NCBI GenBank assembly: GCA_964497545.1
Contig: CAZCCY010000004.1
Span: forward strand, 1 to 45,609
Origin: an uncultured Methanosarcinales archaeon
GTDB taxonomy: Archaea; Halobacteriota; Methanosarcinia; Methanosarcinales; CAZCCY01
Reading direction: 5' to 3'
DNA length: 45,609 nt
Position 1 is the first letter of the stretch. Each line of letters starts with the position of its first letter. The notes beneath the pieces are model-generated. The model was not told the DNA's origin. It saw nothing but the letters and a program-made list of their open reading frames with translations, and did not search any database. Positions 28,270 to 36,255 of the stretch are shown here, piece after piece. The position numbers and the translations under genes are program-made.

Positions 28270-29527
28270 CCGGCATAATAATCACGCCCATTGCGTGAAC
28301 CCTACGAACACCTAAAAGGGGAGGCAAAAGGCCTATTACAAGGGCTACCATAAAAATCATCAGCCCCAGAAGACCTGTAAAAACAAAAACAAGGGAGAAC
28401 AGAAAAACCAGAACAGCCTTGCAGAGAAGACGATAGTCAAGGCTGTCCAAAAAAACGACTATTTTTTTACCCAAAAAAACCGTGGTGAAATAGGCAACAA
28501 ACGAAACCCCGGAGACCAGAGCCAAAAGCAATATCAGCAGACCTAAATCCAGACTTCCAATAATCTCTTTAACCGCTACCACAGCCCCACTCCTTGGCAG
28601 ACCAATCACAAAAAAAGCCACCAAAGTGTAAATAGCATTGGCAGTGTTAGCACTACTCAAAGCCACCAGAAACTCTTTTTCACCCGTCCTAATAAAAATT
28701 CTTGCCAGCACGGTCGCAACCCCGGACGAGACACCCGGCAGCCAGGCAACAAACGCACCAGAAATACTGCCTGCCAAAACACCCCCAAACAGCCGCAAGC
28801 CCCTGAAATCCAGAACACCATCAGACTGCTGCGGCAGAACCCCTCCACCAGAAAAAAGACTCAAAATAAGAGGCGGGGCGCCGAAAAGACCGGTCAGGAG
28901 AGGCATAAAAACAGCCCCCTCCACACCCAAAAACTGGAAGAGAGGAGAAATATCCGGAGCAACTCTAAAAGCAATCACACCCAGCAGACCAGACAACAAA
29001 AAAACCACAAGCGCCCAGAACTTATATTTCAACGGTACAAGCGAACCCTCACCCTCCACACGCTCACCCTTCTCGGTCAAAATCAAAACAAGGACAAAAG
29101 CCAGCAGAATCCAGACAACACGACTCTGGAACTCCTGGTAAAAAAACCAGAAAAACACCCCCACCGGCAGAGCCAACACCAAGGATGTTACCACCGCACA
29201 GGCACTCCCCAGGGCAGAAAGCCGGACAGCCAACACACCCTCACCATCAAGAAGCATCCGATGACCCGGCAACACCGCCAGCGCAGTATCAGCATCCGGA
29301 GCCCCCAGAAACACCGAAGGAATAATATCAAGAAAAGTATGGGTAATATAGTTACCAACAATCACAAAAACAACATAAATCCCAGACACCCCCCAACTTT
29401 CAAACAAAGGTAAAAGAGAGAGAAGAATAAACGAAAAAGTGTTAACATGGATCCCAGGGACAAGGCCAGAGACCACTCCCAGCAGGAAACCAGCAGCCAC
29501 CGAGACAACCAGAAGCTGCAGGGACAT
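28247..29527 (-). CDS. TctA/DUF112-like polytopic membrane protein (putative transporter)
   Basis: 426 aa, about 10-12 TM. GFLLGVVSGLVPGIHVNT and GAFVAWLPGVSSGVATV repeats resemble the duplicated PG-loop motifs of the DUF112/TctA family. Starts 8 nt downstream of hemC. Confidence 0.55.
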   Translation of the reverse strand: MSLQLLVVSVAAGFLLGVVSGLVPGIHVNTFSFILLSLLPLFESWGVSGIYVVFVIVGNYITHTFLDIIPSVFLGAPDADTALAVLPGHRMLLDGEGVLAVRLSALGSACAVVTSLVLALPVGVFFWFFYQEFQSRVVWILLAFVLVLILTEKGERVEGEGSLVPLKYKFWALVVFLLSGLLGVIAFRVAPDISPLFQFLGVEGAVFMPLLTGLFGAPPLILSLFSGGGVLPQQSDGVLDFRGLRLFGGVLAGSISGAFVAWLPGVSSGVATVLARIFIRTGEKEFLVALSSANTANAIYTLVAFFVIGLPRSGAVVAVKEIIGSLDLGLLILLLALVSGVSFVAYFTTVFLGKKIVVFLDSLDYRLLCKAVLVFLFSLVFVFTGLLGLMIFMVALVIGLLPPLLGVRRVHAMGVIIMPVMLFWLL

Positions 29528-29535
29528 TAAAATTT

Positions 29536-30447
29536 TCAGGATTTCAAGGTTTCCACAGCTTCGGCTACAAGCTCGCTACCACCATTGTCTCGTAGTTTTT
29601 TGCCGAGTTTTCTGGCATTTTCCTGCCAGTCCTCGCGGGGGATTTCCTCTTCTATTTTCACGTATTTTTTACCGTCGAGGGAGAGTACTTCTGCGGTGAC
29701 TTTGATTGTATCCTTGGTGGTTCTGGCGTAGGCTCCTATGGGTACGATACATCCTCCACCGAGTATGGTTATTATTTCCCGTTCTACCATAATTTCGATT
29801 CGGGTGGGAGAGTGATCAAGCTGTTTTGCTATTTTTTCTGTTGGGGCGTCTTTTTTTGTTACCAGGACAATGGTTCCCTGGTTGGCTGAGGGTATGAAAT
29901 CGGGGGGTTTAAGTTGTTCCCGGGGGAGGTCCCAGTTCATCCGTTCAAGGCCTGCCTCGGCAAGAATGATGCCATCGTATTGTCCTTCCCGTAGTTTTCG
30001 CAGCCTGGTATCGATGTTTCCCCGGAGGTCTTTTACAATCAGGTCTGGTCTGAACCTGAGTAGTTGTGCTCTTCTTCGCATGCTCGTGGTTCCGATGACC
30101 GCTCCAGGGGGCAGGTCGGTTATTTTCTCCCCGTTTCTTGTAATCAGAACATCCAGGGGTGAGTCTCGTTTCAGGATGGCCGCGTTCACCAGTCCCGGGG
30201 GTCTTATGGTGGGGACGTCTTTCATGGAGTGTACTGCAAGGTCGATTTCGCCTGCCAGGAGCCGTTCGTCTATTTCTCTGACAAATGCTCCAACTCCAGA
30301 TACTTCATGGAGGGGGCGGTCCTGGAAGGTGTCTCCGCTTGTTTTGATGATTTTGAGTTCAGCTTCAACGCCCTGTCCCTGGAGCAGACCTGCGACAAGG
30401 TTTGCCTGGGCAAGGGCAAGTTTACTTCCCCGGGTTCCAATAATCAT
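29536..30447 (-). CDS. hemC: Hydroxymethylbilane synthase (porphobilinogen deaminase)
   Basis: 303 aa. MIIGTRGSKLALAQA, HSMKDVP, GNIDTRLRKL and GGCIVPIGAY (dipyrromethane Cys) motifs. Confidence 0.95.
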   Translation of the reverse strand: MIIGTRGSKLALAQANLVAGLLQGQGVEAELKIIKTSGDTFQDRPLHEVSGVGAFVREIDERLLAGEIDLAVHSMKDVPTIRPPGLVNAAILKRDSPLDVLITRNGEKITDLPPGAVIGTTSMRRRAQLLRFRPDLIVKDLRGNIDTRLRKLREGQYDGIILAEAGLERMNWDLPREQLKPPDFIPSANQGTIVLVTKKDAPTEKIAKQLDHSPTRIEIMVEREIITILGGGCIVPIGAYARTTKDTIKVTAEVLSLDGKKYVKIEEEIPREDWQENARKLGKKLRDNGGSELVAEAVETLKS

Positions 30448-30514
30448 AGCCAGAATTACAGGGGAGAATAACTTAAAGGTTTACTCCCTGTAGTACCCTG
30501 TTTTGGGACGTGTC

Positions 30515-30635
30515 CTGTTATTATCTATCCTACATTCCGCACTAAGTGTCTACGCATATCGGTTTTCTGTCAGTTTTTTCAAGAAAAACCACTATGCGTA
30601 GAAGGGACCTGCGGAAAGTGGGATACAGGTAACAG
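30515..30635. repeat. Long interrupted inverted repeat / candidate structured RNA between the hisA/F-like gene and hemC
   Basis: Nested complementary arms: CTGTTA(30515-20)/TAACAG(30630-35), TATCC(30526-30)/GGATA(30621-25), TTCCGCA(30535-41)/TGCGGAA(30610-16), CTACGCATA(30550-58)/TATGCGTAG(30593-601). There is an apical mini-hairpin GTTTTT/AAAAAC (30573-89). Confidence 0.5.
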
Positions 30636-30642
30636 CTGAAAA

Positions 30643-31338
30643 TTATTTCCAGTCTCCTTTTCTGGGAAGCTCTATTTTACCCTGATGGATGGCCGTAGCT
30701 GTTATAGCCCCCTGGAATCCAGCCTCCCTGAGAGTTTTAAGGTCCCGGTTATCCCGGATTCCACCCCCAAAAATCAGAGGATGCCTAGAGGTGCTGGCAA
30801 GGACTTCCAGATCCAAACCTTCCAAACCCAGCCGGGTCCCCACCAGATCCAGGTTAAGGACTATCAACTCCCTCAAGGGTATATGGTTCAAGGTCTCCAG
30901 GACTCTGGGAGCAGGCTGTTTTAGTCTTACATCCTGGGTCAGGATGCTGCCGTTTTTCATGTCCAGACTTACGGCCAGACTCCAGGGATGTCTGTGGGCT
31001 GCCTTTTCTATTAACCGGAGACTTGTCGTCTCACTGCCAAGAACCAGAGTGGAAGCAAAGGGCAGACACTCCTCTAAGTCCTGTAGGCTTCTAACCCCTG
31101 GGTCAAGGAGGGTCTCGGTCTCCTCTGAAATCCTGGAGACCGCCTGAAGGTTATCCCCCCTCCCCTCAATTCTGTCAAGGTCTGCAATATAGACCTCCAG
31201 CGGCCTGAGACGGCGGACCACCTCCACGGGGCCAGTGGTCCCACAGACCTCCAGGGGCCGATAACTCTGTCTATCACCCCTCACGGCTTTTACCACCTCC
31301 CCCCGCTGGATGTCAACCGCCAGGATAACTCTAAACAT
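30643..31338 (-). CDS. HisA/HisF-family (beta/alpha)8-barrel protein
   Basis: 231 aa. ILAVDIQRGEVVKAVRGDR N-terminus and C-terminal GGGIRDNRDL...GAITATAIH phosphate-binding motifs. It is not in a his operon, so it may be the methanogen-type HisA/F-related paralogue. Confidence 0.7.
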   Translation of the reverse strand: MFRVILAVDIQRGEVVKAVRGDRQSYRPLEVCGTTGPVEVVRRLRPLEVYIADLDRIEGRGDNLQAVSRISEETETLLDPGVRSLQDLEECLPFASTLVLGSETTSLRLIEKAAHRHPWSLAVSLDMKNGSILTQDVRLKQPAPRVLETLNHIPLRELIVLNLDLVGTRLGLEGLDLEVLASTSRHPLIFGGGIRDNRDLKTLREAGFQGAITATAIHQGKIELPRKGDWK

Positions 31339-31631
31339 GCTTTTTACCTTATGTCTTCAAGTTTTCCTGCTACTGCATTTTTAGCTTTTTGCAGGTATTC
31401 TTTGGATGCTAGTTCCTCTCGCAGCAGAGCATAGGCTCCAACGTTAAAGTTAGAATGGCGTGAAACACATGATGAAGCTTTTATTAGAAAAATGCGGCCA
31501 GAATAGATTTTAGGACCGTTTTTTAAGATAAATGGATGGTGAAACTTTGTAGCCTGGAAATTGAAATTCAGATGCGTGTGAATCCAAAAGTGTAATATTG
31601 TGTGAGAGGTGTAAGAGATGAGGGAGGGACG

Positions 31632-31970
31632 ATGAGTGAAGAACTGGTTTCTCTTGCCCTGAAAAAGGGCAGGAAGGGTTTTCTTGCCAGCATGCTCACA
31701 GTGAGGTGTAAGTGGTGTGGTAAAAAGGATGGTGTGAGTTACTATGATATCCTTGCGAGCAGGAGTTTTAAGCTTCTGAAGCCTAAAACTGTTTTCAGTC
31801 CTTTTATTGCGGAACAGGTTTTTGACGAGGCTCTTACCATGACCCCCCTGCTTGTTGTTCACAGGTGTACTGGCTGTGGTAGAGCCATGGAGGTGGAGTT
31901 CCCACTCTCCCGGGAGGCTCTCCTGGGCATTCTCAAGTCCAGGCCCCCTGACCCTGTTATGTACGGATAA
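31632..31970 (+). CDS. Small zinc-ribbon protein upstream of sepS
   Basis: 112 aa from the ATG at 31632, preceded by GAGGGAGGG. Two CxxC pairs (CKWCGKK and CTGCGRA). Ends 34 nt before the sepS ATG. Confidence 0.45.
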   Translation: MSEELVSLALKKGRKGFLASMLTVRCKWCGKKDGVSYYDILASRSFKLLKPKTVFSPFIAEQVFDEALTMTPLLVVHRCTGCGRAMEVEFPLSREALLGILKSRPPDPVMYG

Positions 31971-32004
31971 AACCTGCGAGTGTCCCTGGTGTAGGTGTAG
32001 ACAA

Positions 32005-33621
32005 ATGCGATTTGACCCTGTTGAGATTAGAGAGAAGGCAAAACAGGACTTTGAAAGCGCCTGGAGGGAGGGCAGCCGTTACCTCTACCAGCCCCAGGTT
32101 AACCAGGCCTATCCCAGGCTCTCGGTGGCCTTTGGCAGGCCTCATCCAGTTTTTGAGACTGTCCAGCGGTTGCGGGAGGCATATCTCCGCCTGGGCTTTG
32201 AGGAGGTCTTGAATCCCCTGTTTGTGGATGAGCAGGAGGTCTATCGCCAGTTCGGCCCCGAGGCCATGGCAGTGCTTGACCGGTGCTTCTACCTGGCAGG
32301 CCTGCCAAGACCTGATGTTGGCATGTCTGAGGAGAAAGCCCGGATGCTGAAAGAGATACTGGGCATCGACGACAGCGGTGTGGAGGAGGTCCGCCAGACC
32401 CTCCACTCCTACAAGCGGGGGGAGATTGAGGGGGATGACCTTGTGGCGGTCATTTCCCAGGGGCTTGAAGTGCCGGACTCGAGTGTTGTCCAGGCCCTGG
32501 AAGAGGTGTTCCCAGAGTTCAAGGAGTTAAAACCAGTCCCGTCCTCTAACACACTTCGAAGCCACATGACCAGCGGGTGGTTCCTCACCCTCTCGGAGCT
32601 CAAGGACTACCGTCCCCTCCCCTTCCGGCTTTTCAGTGTGGACAGGTGTTTCCGGCGGGAACAGCAGGAAGACGCCTCAAGGCTGATGGCATACCACTCA
32701 GCATCCTGTGTTGTGGCAGGGGACGAGGTATCGGTTGATACCGGGAAGGCTGTGGCAAGAGCCCTCCTCGAGCAGTTCGGGTTCCAGGACTTCGCCTTCC
32801 GGCCTGACGAAAAAAGGAGTAAATACTACACCCCGGACACCCAGACCGAGGTCTTCGCCTTCCACCCTGACCTGGCAGACTCAAAATACAGCGACGGCTG
32901 GGTAGAGATTGCAACTTTCGGAATCTACTCTCCCACCGCCCTCGCCCAGTACGACATCCCCTTCCCGGTGATGAACCTGGGCCTGGGGGTGGAGAGGCTT
33001 GCCATGCTCCTCTACCATGCCACCGACATCCGGGTTCTCGCCTACCCCCAGTTCCACTACAAGGAGAAATGGCATCTCACCGACAGCGAACTCTGCCGCC
33101 TCATCACCCTAGAAACAAGCCCCTCCACACCCACTGGCATGGAGATACAACAGGCAATAGCAAGGGTCTGCCAGGAACACGGAGACACTGAGAGCCCCTG
33201 TGAGTTCACAGCCTGGCAGGGCATCCTCCTGGGCCGGGAAATCGAGGTCAAGGTGGTGGAGCCTGAGGAAAACACAAAGCTCTGCGGCCCGGCAGCCCAC
33301 AACGAGGTGGTAGTCTACCAGAACAACATCCTCGGCATCCCAGAGACACCCAGATGGGAGAAAACCCTCCAAAAAGGCTGCAGGACCGGGATAAAATTCA
33401 TAGACGCACTGGCAGCAAAGGCAGCCAGAGAAATCGAAAAAGCAGCCATCCTGGACCAGGACTCCGAGACCCGGGTGAAAATAGTCCGAACACCAGCAGA
33501 GATAAACCTGAAAATAGACCCCACAGCCCAGCGATACATCACCGGCCTGAAAAAGAAAATAGACATCCGAGGGCCTGTGTTCACCACCGTGAAAATGGAA
33601 ATAAAAAACCGTGTTGACTAA
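32005..33621 (+). CDS. sepS: O-phosphoseryl-tRNA(Cys) synthetase (SepRS)
   Basis: 538 aa from MRFDPVEIREKAKQDFESAWREG. RLREAYLRLGFEEVLNPLFV, AVLDRCFYLAGLP, RSHMTSGWFLTL and NLGLGVERLAMLL are class II SepRS-type motifs. The tracked ORF extends upstream from a TTG. Confidence 0.9.
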   Translation: MRFDPVEIREKAKQDFESAWREGSRYLYQPQVNQAYPRLSVAFGRPHPVFETVQRLREAYLRLGFEEVLNPLFVDEQEVYRQFGPEAMAVLDRCFYLAGLPRPDVGMSEEKARMLKEILGIDDSGVEEVRQTLHSYKRGEIEGDDLVAVISQGLEVPDSSVVQALEEVFPEFKELKPVPSSNTLRSHMTSGWFLTLSELKDYRPLPFRLFSVDRCFRREQQEDASRLMAYHSASCVVAGDEVSVDTGKAVARALLEQFGFQDFAFRPDEKRSKYYTPDTQTEVFAFHPDLADSKYSDGWVEIATFGIYSPTALAQYDIPFPVMNLGLGVERLAMLLYHATDIRVLAYPQFHYKEKWHLTDSELCRLITLETSPSTPTGMEIQQAIARVCQEHGDTESPCEFTAWQGILLGREIEVKVVEPEENTKLCGPAAHNEVVVYQNNILGIPETPRWEKTLQKGCRTGIKFIDALAAKAAREIEKAAILDQDSETRVKIVRTPAEINLKIDPTAQRYITGLKKKIDIRGPVFTTVKMEIKNRVD

Positions 33622-33736
33622 AACCTATAGTTTAGCATTTTTCACTCTTTAATCTAAAATTATGATTTTGTTTATACTTTTTAATAGATATTTTTAGTAA
33701 TATTTATGTCAGATAAAAGTGCTAAACTATACGTTT
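33621..33736. repeat. 22-nt imperfect inverted repeat (2 mismatches) bracketing a 72-bp AT-rich spacer between convergent genes; probable bidirectional terminator
   Basis: AAACCTATAGTTTAGCATTTTT (33621-33642) versus the reverse complement of AAAAGTGCTAAACTATACGTTT (33715-33736). The perfect 12-mer core is TATAGTTTAGCA. Each arm is followed by a T-run in its own transcription direction. Confidence 0.5.
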
Positions 33737-33752
33737 GAAATTAAACAAGAAG

Positions 33753-34940
33753 TTAAGAAGACGGGGGTAGTGGGATGCCGTTAGCAAGGCACATTACCGG
33801 GTCTGGAGAGAGTATACCCTTGTGTTGGAGTGCCCTGTATCTGCAACCTCCCCGACATTCCTCTAGGATGCGGCAGTCCCGGCATTCCTCCAGTTCATCG
33901 AGCCTCCACAGGTACTCTCCACACACCCTCTGCCAGCCGGTCTCCAGGCCTTCCTCCAGGCTTCCCACAGGTCTGTCTGCAAAAAACCCGCATTTACAGA
34001 TATTCCCATCCGGCATGACCGCACAGAGGTGGGAGCCACAGGTGTAGTCTCCGGTACTCTCGTGGACGCCCCCTCCAAAACCATAGGAAGAGAGTATACG
34101 GGAAGCTGTCTCAAGCTCTGGCAGGTATTCTGTCAGGCCTCCGGCCCTGCAGGGCACATCTACTCCCCATTGAGTGACATCCAGGTCTTCCAGAAGCTGT
34201 TTTAGGGCCTCGAACTCCCCGGTGTTATAGCTTGTTACCATGGTGGAGATAGAGACCTGGATGCCCGCCTCTCTCAGGGTTTTTATTCCTTCCACCGCCC
34301 GCTGGAAGGCCGTGTTTCCTCGCAGCCGGTCATGGCCTTCCCTCATTCCATCCAGGCTCACCTGCACCTCGTCCACCACACCCTCCAACAGGCCCACCGT
34401 CTCCCGGTCCAGGAGGGTGCCATTGCTTAACAACACCACTCTCACCTGACAGGGCCGAAGAACATCCAGCATCTCCCTGAACCGTGAGTGGAGTAGGGGT
34501 TCGCCTCCAGATACCATCAACTTCAGCCCACCCATGGCCTCGAACTCTGCCACCAGACCCTCAAACTCGGACAGGCTAAGCTCTCTCTCGCTCCCACCTG
34601 CCAGGTAGCAGTGTTTGCATCTGAGATTGCACCTGTCTGTTATGTGTACAAGGAGGTATCGCAGTGAGGGCAGAAAAGGGGGCTGGGTTACCCTGACCTC
34701 TCTTCTTCTGGCTTGCCAGCGGGTCTCAAGTATTCCCTCTTCCAGGGCATACTCTACAAGCTCCCTTGCCTCCCCCGGAACCCGGGAGAGTTTAAGGCTG
34801 CCGTCACAACTCTCAAGGAATTTCAGGGCCTCCTCGTCAACCTCATACATCTGGTCCCGATGGGTGTTGTAGATAACCGGGGACTCCAGCCTTCGGAGGA
34901 TACACCCATCGGAGAGGACAAGAAATTCATCGTCTGGCAT
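33753..34940 (-). CDS. Radical SAM / SPASM-domain peptide-modifying maturase with N-terminal PqqD(RRE)-like region
   Basis: 395 aa from MPDDEF. CNLRCKHC (CxxxCxxC) cluster motif. C-terminal SPASM cysteines CGSHLCAVMPDGNICKCGFF...CRDCRILEECRGGCRYRA. The first ~90 aa (YEVDEEALKFLESCDGSLKL...ELVEYALEEGILE) resemble a PqqD-like recognition element. Confidence 0.85.
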   Translation of the reverse strand: MPDDEFLVLSDGCILRRLESPVIYNTHRDQMYEVDEEALKFLESCDGSLKLSRVPGEARELVEYALEEGILETRWQARRREVRVTQPPFLPSLRYLLVHITDRCNLRCKHCYLAGGSERELSLSEFEGLVAEFEAMGGLKLMVSGGEPLLHSRFREMLDVLRPCQVRVVLLSNGTLLDRETVGLLEGVVDEVQVSLDGMREGHDRLRGNTAFQRAVEGIKTLREAGIQVSISTMVTSYNTGEFEALKQLLEDLDVTQWGVDVPCRAGGLTEYLPELETASRILSSYGFGGGVHESTGDYTCGSHLCAVMPDGNICKCGFFADRPVGSLEEGLETGWQRVCGEYLWRLDELEECRDCRILEECRGGCRYRALQHKGILSPDPVMCLANGIPLPPSS

Positions 34941-35100
34941 TAAGGATCTCCTGGGGTGTGACAAGCCCCTCCTGTAGCAGGTTTTTCAGGATTTTGAAGG
35001 CTCCACACTCTAAATCTTCTTCGTCCTCCTTGTAGAACTCACATTTTGTGCAGATAAGGCTTACAAGGTACTTCCGGTCATAGCCATGATTCATAGCCAT
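34927..35100 (-). CDS. Untracked 57-aa Cys-containing ORF translationally coupled to the rSAM/SPASM gene
   Basis: Hand translation: MAMNHGYDRKYLVSLICTKCEFYKEDEEDLECGAFKILKNLLQEGLVTPQEILNARR. The stop overlaps the maturase ATG region by 14 nt. A TATA-like ATATAATTA (plus-strand 35118-35126) lies about 20-25 nt upstream of the ATG. It falls below the 60-aa ORF-track cutoff. Confidence 0.45.
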   Translation of the reverse strand: MAMNHGYDRKYLVSLICTKCEFYKEDEEDLECGAFKILKNLLQEGLVTPQEILNARR

Positions 35101-35186
35101 GTGTTTCGGTCTCAGGCTAATTATATCCTTCCCCTACAGCCATCTTTTCTACGCCTAATGTAAACTAGCCTAGCCTAGCAAATATA

Positions 35187-36239
35187 TTAGTTTTCGACTG
35201 GTAGTCCTAGTTCCTTCCAGTGGCGCATTCCACCCTCCAGCACCTTCACTTTTTTGAAGCCTACCTGCATGAGGATCTGTGCTGCTGTGTGGGCCCGTCC
35301 ACCTGTACGGCATATTGTGACAATCTCCCTGTCCGGGTCCAGTTCTGAGAGTCGGCTGGTCAGGCTGCCGATGGGGATGTGTTTGATTCCAGGGAGGTGT
35401 CCCAGCTCGCCTTCCAGCTCCTTTGACTCCCGGACATCCAGCAGAACAGGGTCCGGCCGCTGTTTGAGCTCTTCTGGCGGGATGTTTGCCACCTGCTGGT
35501 CGTTTACCGAGAGGGTGCCCTTCACCTCGCAGGCCGGGACATCCACCGGCACCCAGGCTGCCCTGGGGTCGCGGGCACAGGCATAGTTCACCTTTAAGAC
35601 TTTCTTCATCCAGTCTGCCGGGCCAAGTTTGAGGTCTTCAACGTATCTCACGAACTCATCCTTGCTGCGGGGTTTGAGATGGGGGTTGCGCTGCTTCTGC
35701 ACACCGAGGCTTGAGGGCTGTCGGTTGTGGTATTCATGGGCTGGATAGACCACAAGGTGCTCTGGCAGTTCGAGGATGCGTTGCAGGCTCTCCCAGTGCG
35801 CCCCAGGGTCGCCGCCTGGCAGGTCGTCCCGACCCGCACCTCCCTCGTCCAGGAACAGGGTGTCCCCGGTCAGAATCTGGTCCGGGAACACCAGGCATAT
35901 GGAGTCCTGGGTGTGACCTGGGGTGTGCATTATCTCCACCGGGACGCCTGCGAGCTGTAACTGGAAGCCGTCTGCCACCCGAAAGGTTACGCAGTGGGCT
36001 GGGGCACTTTTGTGCATAAGGTATTCACATCCAGTCAAATCCTTCAAGGCAGCAGCACCAGAGATGTGATCCGCGTGGGTGTGGGTGTCGATGACATGGG
36101 TTAGCCTGAGCTTTTCTCTTTCCAGCAGCTCAAGGTATGCCTCCAGATGCTCCAGCACCGGGTCGATGATGGTCGCTTCCCCCTCACTGCCCACAAGGTA
36201 TGTGCGACATGCATGAGGGTTTAGCTGACGAAATATCAT
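35187..36239 (-). CDS. MBL-fold metallo-hydrolase (ETHE1/persulfide-dioxygenase-like) fused to a rhodanese domain
   Basis: 350 aa. IDTHTHADH (HxHxDH) motif plus HTPGHT. C-terminal rhodanese domain with active-site loop CRTGGRA. Confidence 0.8.
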   Translation of the reverse strand: MIFRQLNPHACRTYLVGSEGEATIIDPVLEHLEAYLELLEREKLRLTHVIDTHTHADHISGAAALKDLTGCEYLMHKSAPAHCVTFRVADGFQLQLAGVPVEIMHTPGHTQDSICLVFPDQILTGDTLFLDEGGAGRDDLPGGDPGAHWESLQRILELPEHLVVYPAHEYHNRQPSSLGVQKQRNPHLKPRSKDEFVRYVEDLKLGPADWMKKVLKVNYACARDPRAAWVPVDVPACEVKGTLSVNDQQVANIPPEELKQRPDPVLLDVRESKELEGELGHLPGIKHIPIGSLTSRLSELDPDREIVTICRTGGRAHTAAQILMQVGFKKVKVLEGGMRHWKELGLPVEN

Positions 36240-36255
36240 CCACCTTCAATCTGTT

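Noticed and set aside
31344-31862. 172-aa minus-strand ORF
   Set aside because: It spans an AT-rich divergent promoter region and overlaps the better-supported plus-strand zinc-ribbon ORF. Only its last ~30 codons look protein-like, and there is no plausible start for them.
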